Positions 44,724 through 54,251 of a stretch of DNA of 64,000 nucleotides are shown piece after piece. Source of the stretch: a virus; IMG/VR virus record IMGVR_UViG_3300047445_000406, positions 1-64,000 of that record; one strand, 5' to 3'. The number at the start of each line of letters is the position of its first letter. Within the stretch, counting starts at the first letter, position 1. A program made the translations under genes and the position numbers. Under the pieces are notes generated by a model. That model was not told the origin of the DNA, made no database searches, and worked only from the letters and a program-made list of their open reading frames with translations.

Positions 44724-46024
44724 ACCAGTTTCCCATACAGAGTAGCGCCTGCATCATCGGACCAGATCAGGGCGAAGTCGGTACCGGCCGATTGCAGGGC
44801 CGGACGGTTAATGGAAGTCAGATAGGTGGCGAAGGTTGTGGTCTGCGTACCATCCGGCTTGATCCAGTTGATGGTGGGTAGGGTCACTACTGCCGAGCCG
44901 GCATTCACCAGCTTGAGCTTGATGGCGGTGTCGATGCCGGAGGCAGGCCAATTGGAGAAGGCGATGGTCAGGGCACCGGATACCTGCAGGCGCTGTTCAA
45001 ACGCTGCCTGCACATCAAAGGTAACGGTACCGGTACCGATCGTGCCCTTGTCGATGCGGCTGTGAGTCAGGTTGCCGGTCATATTGCTACCGGCCCGGTT
45101 GACGGTACCGGCTGCCGGATCGACGGTCAGCATGAACTGGGTGGTGGTGATGGCGCGAATGTTGACCTTGTCATTGGCCGCCAGCGTCACCGTGCTACCA
45201 GAGGACACGCCATCGATGATCAGGTTGGCACCAGCGGTGAAAGATGCTGCAGCAGCACAAATCAGGGTACGACGGGCACCGGCCTGCGGTGCTGCCGGGA
45301 AGGCCGTGGTGGTGGCGGTACCGGTCCAGTCGATGTCATTGCCGGCTGCGCCCCAGATGTCAGCGGTGGTTGCGTGCGACGCCACCGTAGCACGGGCCAG
45401 GTTCAGCGCACCGGTCATGGAGCCACCAGCCTTGGCCAGCTTGGTGGCGATGGAATTGGTCACCGTGGTAGCGAAGGCCGGGTCATTGCCCAGTGCTGCC
45501 GCCAGTTCATTCAGCGTATCCAGTGCCGCACCGGCACCATTGATCAGGTTGTTGATCTGCGTGGTGACGTAGGTGATGTCAGCCTTCAGGGCCAATGCCG
45601 CATTGACCGTGGAAGTGGTAGGACGGGCCGCCACATCGGTGGTCAGCGTGTTCAGAGCTGCCGTGGTACCCGCTGCATCAGCCTTGGTGGCCAGTGCCGC
45701 AGTGGTATCGGCCGCATTGGCCTTGTCCATCATCGACAGGGCAGTCACCCTGGCTTCCACCACAGCACCGGTCAGGAACTGGGTACCGACCGCACCTTCG
45801 ATATCGCGCACCACCGTACACTGGTTGCCGGTGTAGGAAGTCACCTTGACCACGGTATGGCCGGACTCGGCGACACCGGACAGGTTGAACACAGTCAGGT
45901 AAATGAATTCGGCACCCGCCAAGGCCGGCAAGCCAGCAGTACTGGCCAGCTGCAGCGTGGTGTCAGTGGTACCAAAGGTGGCAGCCACCGTGGTACGGAA
46001 ATTGTTGACGAACTTTTGCGTCAT
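44720..46024 (-). CDS. Tail fibre proximal protein
   Basis: FVNNF-TT N-terminus, LDTLNELAAALGNDP-FATTV, KAGGSMTGAL motifs; start ATG 46024. Confidence 0.8.
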   Translation of the reverse strand: MTQKFVNNFRTTVAATFGTTDTTLQLASTAGLPALAGAEFIYLTVFNLSGVAESGHTVVKVTSYTGNQCTVVRDIEGAVGTQFLTGAVVEARVTALSMMDKANAADTTAALATKADAAGTTAALNTLTTDVAARPTTSTVNAALALKADITYVTTQINNLINGAGAALDTLNELAAALGNDPAFATTVTNSIATKLAKAGGSMTGALNLARATVASHATTADIWGAAGNDIDWTGTATTTAFPAAPQAGARRTLICAAAASFTAGANLIIDGVSSGSTVTLAANDKVNIRAITTTQFMLTVDPAAGTVNRAGSNMTGNLTHSRIDKGTIGTGTVTFDVQAAFEQRLQVSGALTIAFSNWPASGIDTAIKLKLVNAGSAVVTLPTINWIKPDGTQTTTFATYLTSINRPALQSAGTDFALIWSDDAGATLYGKLV

Positions 46025-46350
46025 TACGCCACCTTGAGAGTGAACGGCGGCCAACGCACGCCGAGCGTGTTAATCGGGTCGTAAGTCACCAGGTAAGCCT
46101 TGTAGCGGCCTTTCTGGTCTGCGGTGAGGTCATCACCGATGGTGATTTCCACGATCCCGTTTTCCTTTTCCAGGAACAGGCCGGCATTGCTGTTGGCCAC
46201 ATCGAGATCGGTGAAGCGGATGTCCGGATCACCCTCGGACAGCACCAGCTCATAGCCAGTGACCGAGAGCAGATTGATCGGCTCCCCTGCACGCACCAGT
46301 TGCAGGGAGAACGTGTTGTTCCGGCCTGCGAAAATCGTTTCAGTAATCAT
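46024..46350 (-). CDS. Tail/baseplate-type structural protein (BppU-like beta domain)
   Basis: Beta-rich; G-PINL---TGYEL; within tail operon. Confidence 0.55.
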   Translation of the reverse strand: MITETIFAGRNNTFSLQLVRAGEPINLLSVTGYELVLSEGDPDIRFTDLDVANSNAGLFLEKENGIVEITIGDDLTADQKGRYKAYLVTYDPINTLGVRWPPFTLKVA

Positions 46351-46388
46351 GAGGGGAGCCTCCTGCCAGTTGCTTAGGGGTTTAGTGA

Positions 46389-46811
46389 TTAGTCGTTGAT
46401 CTGGAAGAACAGGTCATCGACGGTCACGTTCGCGCCGACACCGGTCACGGTCTTGCCGGTACCGTAGTCACGCGCCATCAGGATGGTGCCACCCAAGCCA
46501 GACGAGTTGGAGATCACTGCCCAGCGCAGCGTGTTCCAGTTGTCGGCAGTGGTGGTCCAGGTCTGGTCGGCCAGTCGAACACGGATGCCACCGGTACCGG
46601 GTTCCACCGTCCAGTCGGCTGGTGCCAGGGTCTTCACCGCGTAGCCGGAACCCGCTTGCACCTGGGCTGCGATGTCGGCCATGGTGGTCGCTTCGGTGAT
46701 GTTGGCCTCATCCTTGAACAGGTGCAGATACAGGTTGGTGGGTGCGGCGCCGCCGCTGAAGTAGGCCGCCAGGACGGCGGTGCGCATTTCTTGGGATACC
46801 AGGTTTGCCAT
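46389..46811 (-). CDS. Tail structural protein
   Basis: LYLHLF...GSGYAVKTL---W pattern typical of small tail proteins. Confidence 0.6.
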   Translation of the reverse strand: MANLVSQEMRTAVLAAYFSGGAAPTNLYLHLFKDEANITEATTMADIAAQVQAGSGYAVKTLAPADWTVEPGTGGIRVRLADQTWTTTADNWNTLRWAVISNSSGLGGTILMARDYGTGKTVTGVGANVTVDDLFFQIND

Positions 46812-46835
46812 AATGATTTTCCTTTGGAAGAGAGA

Positions 46836-47957
46836 TTAAATATCCGAGGTCGGATGCTTGATATCGAGCAGCACGGTCGCGGATCGGATTTCCAGCGCCC
46901 AGGTATTGAGCAGCGGATCTTGGAAGCCCTGCACCATCTCACCGTGCAGCGTGCCGGATGCTGCGATACCGCCTTGCAGCAGTGCCTGGGACTTGAGTTG
47001 GCCACCGAGAATCGGGGCAGCGACCGTCACGCCATCGCGCAAGACTTGCGAGGCCGTGATGCCCTTGCCACCCAATACGCAATTGCTGCTGATGCCTTGT
47101 TGCAGCTTGGCTGTGATCTTGAAACCAGCCCCCATGGAGGGATCCTTACCGACCCCGCCGTTGGCGGCCGGCGACAGCAGCTGACCGGCACCGAAGGTCC
47201 AGGAAGTCTGGATGCCGCCATTGCCGACCGGCGAGATCAACAGGCCGCCGCCCATGTCGCAGATGGACAGGATGCCGTGCTGCAGCCTGGCTTCGCAGTC
47301 GAGTTCCTTGCCCAGTTCCCAGGTGCCGAGGATGCCGCCGCGCAGATAGGCCGGATATTTCAAGGAGCCGCCCACCGTGTTACCGGAAACCAGACCACCG
47401 GACAGTGCCCGGCCCAGCTTCATGGCATTGCTGCCGACCTGGCAGGTGGCCTTGACGCCATCGGAAACCAGGACCGTCGAGCCGCGGATGCCACCACCGA
47501 CATAGGCAGTACTGCAAACGCCGCCATTGACGGTGGTGTTGGCTTTGATGGTGCCACCCAGCTGGGTATGCTTGCCCAATTGTGGCGTCTGCAGCAGTAC
47601 ATGGGTGACCAGCTGGCCGCCCACTTCGGATGGACACTTGATGCCCGACTTCAGGGCCGGATCGAAGGACAGCGGCAGGCTATCCAGGGTGTACGAGCTG
47701 TGGATGCCCTGCTGCAGGTTGGCGGTCATGAACAGCTTGCCGCCCATGCCCACCGCTGCGACAGTGCCTCCGCGCAGCTGCGCTGCGACCCGGCCCTGCG
47801 CATCGGACACCGAGAACAGGCCACCCGTCAGGATGGCGCCAGTAATCAGGGCCGAGGAAACCAGGGAAGCACAGGCAATCCCGCCAGACAGCACGGCATT
47901 GTGGCCAGTGTCGGCAGGTCCGTTCAGGTTCGAGGCATTGACGGCAGCATTATTCAT
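46836..47957 (-). CDS. Gly-rich repetitive virion protein
   Basis: ~20-22-aa periodic L-GG...GG-L repeats; N-terminal NNAAVNASNLN; alternative TTG start at 47978. Confidence 0.65.
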   Translation of the reverse strand: MNNAAVNASNLNGPADTGHNAVLSGGIACASLVSSALITGAILTGGLFSVSDAQGRVAAQLRGGTVAAVGMGGKLFMTANLQQGIHSSYTLDSLPLSFDPALKSGIKCPSEVGGQLVTHVLLQTPQLGKHTQLGGTIKANTTVNGGVCSTAYVGGGIRGSTVLVSDGVKATCQVGSNAMKLGRALSGGLVSGNTVGGSLKYPAYLRGGILGTWELGKELDCEARLQHGILSICDMGGGLLISPVGNGGIQTSWTFGAGQLLSPAANGGVGKDPSMGAGFKITAKLQQGISSNCVLGGKGITASQVLRDGVTVAAPILGGQLKSQALLQGGIAASGTLHGEMVQGFQDPLLNTWALEIRSATVLLDIKHPTSDI

Positions 47958-48005
47958 TTCGCTATTGTCTCCTAACAACAGAGTTTAATCAAAGTAATCT
48001 TGCAA

Positions 48006-48470
48006 TCAAGCCACGTTTGGCTTAGGAATATTTTCCTTGACCGCCCGGCAGGCTGCCAGATAGTCCTGCAAGGGTTGCTCATTGCCCATTGATTGGTGGA
48101 CCAGTGCATCAGCCAGGTCCGACAGCGGAGGATAGGCCCGTACCCGGTCGATCCGGCATTGTGTAACCGCATCGGCCTGCTTTTCCGTGGGAGAACGCAG
48201 GTCCAGGGCTTTACGTTGGGGCATGCACCAGGTCCAGCCGACAGGACAGTTGTCCTTGGCCACCTGTTCCAGGGCTGTGTAGGTCCGCAGTTCCCTGGTT
48301 TCCAGGTAGATGTACTGGGTCTGGGCATTGGCCTCACCCACATACAGGTAGTCATCCTGCTGATGCTTGAGCATGAACTCTGGCATCTCGCCGATAAACT
48401 GGATCTGACCATCGACGCCATACTTGGCGAACTTCACCATGGTGCTGTTCATATTGTTCGTGCTGTTCAT
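48006..48470 (-). CDS. Tail fibre assembly-type protein
   Basis: C-terminal R-RAYPPL-DLADAL...Y-AAC-AVK--PKP motif. Confidence 0.7.
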   Translation of the reverse strand: MNSTNNMNSTMVKFAKYGVDGQIQFIGEMPEFMLKHQQDDYLYVGEANAQTQYIYLETRELRTYTALEQVAKDNCPVGWTWCMPQRKALDLRSPTEKQADAVTQCRIDRVRAYPPLSDLADALVHQSMGNEQPLQDYLAACRAVKENIPKPNVA

Positions 48471-50053
48471 CGCATCACTCCCAGAACAAGGACGCTCCAG
48501 CGGGCCAGATCCCAGTCACCGAAGGACCAGGTATTGCCCACATAGACGCTGAAGGTATAGGTGCCGGCCGACAGCCGGGTCTTGGAACCAGCCGAATGCG
48601 AGGACGAGATCCCGTTCGGTACCGAGTCATTCCAGAACAGCACTTGCTGGCCATTGGCTTCCACCGTGATGGAGCATTCGCCGGCATGCGACCGGGGATC
48701 CATCGATTGCCAGTTGGCCAGGATGGCCACATCGGTGTCGTAGGGATAGACCACCGTGAAGTTGGCAATGTTTTTCTTGCTGCCCGGCGTGATGAAGGTG
48801 GCCCCACCATAGCCGGAAGTGAAGACCGGAATGGTCACCGCATTACCGGCGATCTTCAGGGTGTCGATGTCGGCGGTGCGGATACGCGCCTTGTCGATAT
48901 ACACGATGCCGGAGTCGATGATGAAGGGTTTGACCTTGTCCGGCCCGGTGCGTCCCACCCAGAAGCGATCGACATCGAAGCCAGCCTCCACCGTGCGGCC
49001 ATCGTTGTAGACGCCGAAGCCACCGATCAGATCATTGACCTGGACCTTGGCCGTGTACAGGGCGCCGATCGAGGTGACCTTGCCATCCAGGGCCGTGACC
49101 TTGGTAGAGAGGCCAATCTGGCCGGTGGCCACATTCCCGTACAGGGACGACTCTACCCCGGTGGTGCGGGAAGCCAGGGCAGTATCGGCATTGGCTCGCA
49201 CCGTCTGCTCATCGCGGATGGTCGCTTCCGCCGATCCGACGCGGGAAGTCAGGGTACTGATCTGGGACGCCATGGCCGAATCGTTGGTCGATCGAACCTG
49301 GGCCTCATTCTGGATGGCAGCCTGGTTGGCACCGGTCTGCACAAACAGGGTGCTGATCTGGCTTGCCTGGGCACTATCACTGGTGACCACGGCTTGCAGC
49401 TGCTGCAGGATCACGGCGAGATTGTTCTCATTGGCTGCTGCCAGGTTGTTCACCATGGTCACAATGGCGGAATCGCCCTCCGTGCGCTGGGTGATCTCCT
49501 GCTGCACAAAGGTCATGGCTTGCTCAGCTCCGGATTGCACCAGAGCGATAGCAGCAGCCAAGGCTTCATTGGAATTGATCCGGTTCTGAATTTCTGCCAG
49601 CAATTGCTGACCTTGCAGGTTGATGCCTGCAATGGATTCCTTCAGGGATTGGGCCAGCACACCGTGATCGATCAAGCCAGTCAAGGACTCCAGTGTCTGC
49701 TCACCGCGTGGGCGAGCAATGGCTGATACCGGGCCGATGGCATCATTCAAGGTACCGTTGACGGTACGAACACGGATCCAGTACCAGTATTCCGTGTCGG
49801 CCGTAGGGTTGAGTGCATCGAAGTAGATGTTGCCACCCACCCGTGCTTGCTCTACCGCTTGCTCAAAAACATTGTTGGTGCCACGATACAGAATCGTGTG
49901 GGCCACTGCTTGCGGATTGACTGTCGGGAAACTCCACGACACGTTAATACCGCCATACACCGAGTTCGCACGCAGCGTCAAGGCGTTGTCCGGATCCCCT
50001 GGTTTGGGACCGGTCCATCCGCCAGTGCCGCAGACGTTGTCTTCGCAGGACAT
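48467..50053 (-). CDS. Tail fibre / host-specificity protein (J-like C-terminal, DUF1983-type)
   Basis: N-terminal CGTGGWTGPKPGDPD and FN3-like domain, coiled coil, YTAKVQVN--IGGFG...PFII-SG-VYIDKARI--ADID-LKIAG; start ATG 50053 with AAGGAG. Confidence 0.82.
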   Translation of the reverse strand: MSCEDNVCGTGGWTGPKPGDPDNALTLRANSVYGGINVSWSFPTVNPQAVAHTILYRGTNNVFEQAVEQARVGGNIYFDALNPTADTEYWYWIRVRTVNGTLNDAIGPVSAIARPRGEQTLESLTGLIDHGVLAQSLKESIAGINLQGQQLLAEIQNRINSNEALAAAIALVQSGAEQAMTFVQQEITQRTEGDSAIVTMVNNLAAANENNLAVILQQLQAVVTSDSAQASQISTLFVQTGANQAAIQNEAQVRSTNDSAMASQISTLTSRVGSAEATIRDEQTVRANADTALASRTTGVESSLYGNVATGQIGLSTKVTALDGKVTSIGALYTAKVQVNDLIGGFGVYNDGRTVEAGFDVDRFWVGRTGPDKVKPFIIDSGIVYIDKARIRTADIDTLKIAGNAVTIPVFTSGYGGATFITPGSKKNIANFTVVYPYDTDVAILANWQSMDPRSHAGECSITVEANGQQVLFWNDSVPNGISSSHSAGSKTRLSAGTYTFSVYVGNTWSFGDWDLARWSVLVLGVMR

Positions 50054-50137
50054 AGAGATCACTCCTTCAGATGAGGTGAGTGCTCACTTTGTAACATCAC
50101 CCATAAAATTGCCCTCTATCATAAAGGATTTACCCCC

Positions 50138-50902
50138 ATGAAAGTTGAATATCAGAATCATTATCTCACTGATATGGACGTTGCGAACTTTGCACGTTTG
50201 TCCTTCGCCAAGCTGGCGGAGAACTTCACCGAAGCCCAGAACCACTCACTGATCAAGTTCCTGGCCCGTGGCATGACCTCCGGCGACTGGGAAGGTCTGA
50301 TCAACCGTATGCTGAGCCTGAACCTGGACAGTGCCAATGCGGAAGAGGCCTTCAAGAAAGCCAAAGACCTGGCCGTCTACCTGCGTAAAATTCCGGAACA
50401 CTGGGTGCCATTCGGCCACCCACATATCAGCCTGCGCATGGAAGCCCCGATCGCCATCGCCCGCCAGCTGTTCAAGCACAAGATCGGCATGGTGGAATCG
50501 GAAGAGAGCCGTCGCTACATCAAGTCCGAGCCGATCATCTTCATCCCGGAGCACTTCCGTGCCGCTCCTGAAGGCAGCATCAAGCAGGGTTCGGCCGGCG
50601 TCCATATCCGCAGTGATGAATGGAAGAAGGTGTACACCGAGGTCACCGCGCATGTGGTGAGCATCTACCTGGACATGATTGCAGACGGTGTGGCGCCCGA
50701 AATGGCCCGCCTGGTGCTGCCACAGGGTGCCGAGGTGCACTGGGCCTTGACCGGTTCGCTGTATGCCTTCGCCAACATGTACAACCAGCGTGCCGACGGC
50801 CATGCGCAGAAGGAAAGCCAGGAGATCGCACGCCAGATTGATGCAATCATCGCCCCGTTGTACCCGGTGTCGTGGGCCGCTCTGACCCGCGGTGACTATT
50901 AA
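50138..50902 (+). CDS. thyX: FAD-dependent thymidylate synthase
   Basis: VANFARLSF, HWVPFGH, APIAIARQLFKH....SEESRRY, GVAPEMARLVLPQ, HAQKE. Confidence 0.92.
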   Translation: MKVEYQNHYLTDMDVANFARLSFAKLAENFTEAQNHSLIKFLARGMTSGDWEGLINRMLSLNLDSANAEEAFKKAKDLAVYLRKIPEHWVPFGHPHISLRMEAPIAIARQLFKHKIGMVESEESRRYIKSEPIIFIPEHFRAAPEGSIKQGSAGVHIRSDEWKKVYTEVTAHVVSIYLDMIADGVAPEMARLVLPQGAEVHWALTGSLYAFANMYNQRADGHAQKESQEIARQIDAIIAPLYPVSWAALTRGDY

Positions 50903-51030
50903 ATACGCAGCATGACTTGTAGTCGTTAATGAAATAATAACGACCAGAAATATTTGTCATGAGCAATGGTTTTTTCCTGTAGGATTAAAGCCTCACCGTC
51001 TAGTGCTGCCATGCTCGTGACGGATTTCCC

Positions 51031-51067
51031 CGGAGCCTCTGTACCTCGTGCATTGGCTCCTTTTTTT
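51031..51067 (+). terminator. Intrinsic terminator between thyX and the RNR gene
   Basis: GGAGCC-TC-TGTAC-CTC-GTGCA-TT-GGCTCC-TTTTTTT. Confidence 0.75.
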
Positions 51068-51094
51068 CCTCCACTGCAATAAGAGAAAGAAACC

Positions 51095-53623
51095 ATGCAA
51101 ACAACCTCCCCGCGCAATTCCTACCGTACTCCAGCCAGGAGCTACGATCCAGGAATGGGTGAGGCGGTCGCCAATCGCACCGTGAACCGGAAGATCACCA
51201 AGTCTTCCATCCGGCTCGAAGAGATCGACCTGCCTCGTCGTGATGACATTGCCCTCGATGATGAGGTGGCTGCCTACTGTAAGTCGGCCCACATCAAGAT
51301 CGATGGCTACACAGTGGACAAGGGGGATGGTGAGCGGGTCAAGATTACCCTGAACGTGATCGGTGACGTGGTCATCGAAGGCTGGGCCGATGTGGCAGAA
51401 CGTGTTGCCATCGGTAATAGCCTGCTCGAACCACGGCCGGACTTCCGTCAACAGGAATTCGACGCCATGCACCACCACCTGCGTCAAGCCTCCCTCCTGA
51501 TGTCGGGTCGCCATCTGCAGCACGGCGACGCCACCCAACCCACCCGCAACATGGAAGTGTTCACCAACTGCTCCACTTCCGCCATGACCTTCCTGGAGTT
51601 CTACCTGCTGCTCAATGGCTCCGGCGTCGGCCGCTGCTATGACGACGCCATGATGCAGGTGGACTGGCGCCTGATGCCCATCGTGGTCTGCACCATCGAC
51701 GGCTTCCACAAGGATGTCGGCTCCGGCGAGATCAAGCCGTATGCCCGGCGCGATGCCGAGCACATGTATGCCGGCCGCACTCTGCACGTATTCGACGTAC
51801 CGGACAGCCGTGAAGGCTGGGCACAGGCCTTCGAGAAGATCGAAACCATGACCTTTGCCGGCTGCTTCAAGAACGACGTGCTGATCCTGGACTTCTCCAA
51901 TGTCCGTCCACGCGGTGCACCGATCGGCGGCATGCAGGGCCGTCCAGCCTCCGGACCTGGGCCGATGATGGAAGCCATCCGCAAGATGGCAGTCCTGCGC
52001 GATGCCGGCATGGCACCCTGGCGGGCCACCATGTATGCCGACCACTATGCTGCCGAGTGCGTGCTCGTCGGCGGTGCCCGCCGAGCGGCACGCATGGCCA
52101 CGAAGATTTACACCGACCCCTCCATCTTTGGCTTCATCGAGCTGAAGCGCGGCGGCTTCCTATGGTCCTCCAACAATTCGGTGATGGTCGACCTGGCTTT
52201 CTGGGATGCGGTGAAGAAGGTAGCGGAAGCCATGCAGGCCCACTCCTACCAGCTGACCGACAAGGGCATGTTCCATCAACTGGTGGGCAAGGGCCATTTC
52301 ACGCCGGAAGAAGTGCATGCGTGGAAAGTGTTTTCCGCCAGCTGCGAGGCAGCCTACTTCGATGGTACCGGTGAACCTGGTTTCATCACGGTGGAACGCC
52401 TGACCTGGAACGAAGAAGGTGCCGACTTCCTGCTCGATGGTGAGTTCGCCGAAAGCCAGAAGTACCAGCTGACCCAGGAAGGCAAGCAGCTGGCCCGTGT
52501 CCTGGCCCAGGTGTGGTCGCGCATGAAGTACAAGGTGATCACCAATCCGTGCGGTGAGATCGTGCTGAACCTGCTGGGTGCCTACTGCGTCATCGCTGAC
52601 GTGGTGCCCTTCCATGCCGTCAAAGCTCCTCGCCAAGGTACCAAGATGGTTGGCAGTAAGTTGATTCAATACTTGGAGCACAGTGATAGCGATAATGACG
52701 CAGAAGATGCTTTCCGTGTCGCTACTCGTGCCCTGATCCGCACCAACCTGATGGACTCCATGTACGGCAAGGAAGTCAAGCGCACCAACCGCATTGGCGT
52801 CGGCATGACCGGCCTGCATGAATATGCCTGGGCACGTTTCGGCTTCGGCTGGAAAGACCTGGTCAATGAAGCCAAGTCACTGCCGTTCTGGCAGATGCTG
52901 AGCCGTTTCAAGCGTGCCGTACAGGACGAAGCCAAGGCCTATGCTACCGCACTGGGTGTGGCGATACCGCATACCGACACCACCATGAAGCCAGCTGGTA
53001 CCACCTCCAAGCTGTTCGGCCTGACCGAGGGTGCCCACCTGCCTTCCATGCGGGAGTTCCTGCGCTGGGTGCAGTTCCGCAACGATGACCCGCTGATCGC
53101 CACCTACGAAAAGCAGGGTTATCCGGTGAAGAAGCTGCAGTCCTACTCCGGGACCACAGTAGTGGGCTTCCCCACTGTGCCGGCCATCTGCACCCTGGGT
53201 ATGGGCGATGCGCTGGTCACTGCGGCCGAAGCGACGCCAGAAGAGCAGTACGAGTACCTGCGTCTGATGGAGAAGTGGTGGATCACCGGTGTCGCCGAAG
53301 ATGGTGCAACGCCATTGCGCGAAACCGGCAACCAGGTCAGCTACACCCTGAAGTACAACCCGAAAGTGGTGGACTATCGTGCCTTCCTGACCACCCTGCT
53401 GCACGGTCAGTCTTCCATCCGCTGCTGTTCGGTCATGCCGCAGTCCGACACCTCCGCCTACGAGTACCTGCCCGAAGAGCCTGTCACCAAGGCGGTCTTC
53501 GATCAGATCTCGGCTGCCATCCTGCGTGATACCCATGTGCAGGAAGATGTGGGCCAGGAGCACGTGGACTGCAGTACCGGTGCTTGCCCGATCAGTTTCG
53601 GTGCCAACGTCGCCACGGCATGA
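51095..53623 (+). CDS. nrdJ: Class II (adenosylcobalamin-dependent) ribonucleotide reductase
   Basis: SGRHL, FTNC, LLNGSGVG, PDSREGW, LDFS-VRPRG, ASGP-P, VGG-RRAA, TNPCGEI, RIGVG-TG, KPAGTTS, C-terminal DC-TGACPI; no NrdB partner. Confidence 0.9.
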   Translation: MQTTSPRNSYRTPARSYDPGMGEAVANRTVNRKITKSSIRLEEIDLPRRDDIALDDEVAAYCKSAHIKIDGYTVDKGDGERVKITLNVIGDVVIEGWADVAERVAIGNSLLEPRPDFRQQEFDAMHHHLRQASLLMSGRHLQHGDATQPTRNMEVFTNCSTSAMTFLEFYLLLNGSGVGRCYDDAMMQVDWRLMPIVVCTIDGFHKDVGSGEIKPYARRDAEHMYAGRTLHVFDVPDSREGWAQAFEKIETMTFAGCFKNDVLILDFSNVRPRGAPIGGMQGRPASGPGPMMEAIRKMAVLRDAGMAPWRATMYADHYAAECVLVGGARRAARMATKIYTDPSIFGFIELKRGGFLWSSNNSVMVDLAFWDAVKKVAEAMQAHSYQLTDKGMFHQLVGKGHFTPEEVHAWKVFSASCEAAYFDGTGEPGFITVERLTWNEEGADFLLDGEFAESQKYQLTQEGKQLARVLAQVWSRMKYKVITNPCGEIVLNLLGAYCVIADVVPFHAVKAPRQGTKMVGSKLIQYLEHSDSDNDAEDAFRVATRALIRTNLMDSMYGKEVKRTNRIGVGMTGLHEYAWARFGFGWKDLVNEAKSLPFWQMLSRFKRAVQDEAKAYATALGVAIPHTDTTMKPAGTTSKLFGLTEGAHLPSMREFLRWVQFRNDDPLIATYEKQGYPVKKLQSYSGTTVVGFPTVPAICTLGMGDALVTAAEATPEEQYEYLRLMEKWWITGVAEDGATPLRETGNQVSYTLKYNPKVVDYRAFLTTLLHGQSSIRCCSVMPQSDTSAYEYLPEEPVTKAVFDQISAAILRDTHVQEDVGQEHVDCSTGACPISFGANVATA

Positions 53624-53744
53624 AAGCTGGAATGGCCTGACCTCAAGGTTGGGCCGGTAAACCTGTGGAGTATTTCCTCTAACAGGTAAGCCAGGGGCTG
53701 GTACCATGCCAGCCCCACTTATTCCCATCCTGAAAGGACATCAG

Positions 53745-54188
53745 ATGAATGACCGCATTCCCTCGCCGTGCCAGACTAAATCCTGTATCAACATGGCGGC
53801 CCATGCCAGCCCATTTTGCGAAACCTGCATGGTGGTCGGAGGCTACAAGATCAAGCCCGGCCCTGCAACCAGCCCTACCCATCAAGCCCTGACCGAAACC
53901 CTGAACAATTCCAATAACCACCGGAGGCGTACTGACATGACCATGGCTGAAAAATATCCGCAGTACTACAAAGCCATCCCGAACGGCATCACCGAAGCCG
54001 ATACCTACGTCGTGAACAAGATGTTCCCGATCCAGGCCGGTGATGACCCGACCGGTACCGTGCTGCACGCCCGCAAGAAGCTGCTGGTGCCTGGTTGCCG
54101 CACCGGTGGCAAATCGTTCTACGATGACATCAAGGAAGCCCGCGACACGCTGACGCGTTTCCTGGAGCTGATGAAGCCAGAACAGTAA
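53745..54188 (+). CDS. Hypothetical protein (Cys-rich N-terminus, conserved phage C-domain)
   Basis: AAGGA RBS; HARKKLLVPG-RTGGKS---DIKEARDTL; possible internal start near 53937 (GGAGG). Confidence 0.65.
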   Translation: MNDRIPSPCQTKSCINMAAHASPFCETCMVVGGYKIKPGPATSPTHQALTETLNNSNNHRRRTDMTMAEKYPQYYKAIPNGITEADTYVVNKMFPIQAGDDPTGTVLHARKKLLVPGCRTGGKSFYDDIKEARDTLTRFLELMKPEQ

Positions 54189-54251
54189 GCAGAGCACAGT
54201 AACAAGGCGCCTTCCCGGCGCTCTTCCGATCAACTATCCATCGAGGTAACC

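Noticed and set aside
42744-50053. Diversity-generating retroelement or invertible fibre cassette
   Set aside because: No reverse transcriptase or invertase, and no near-identical TR/VR nucleotide repeat; the repeats are diverged protein modules.
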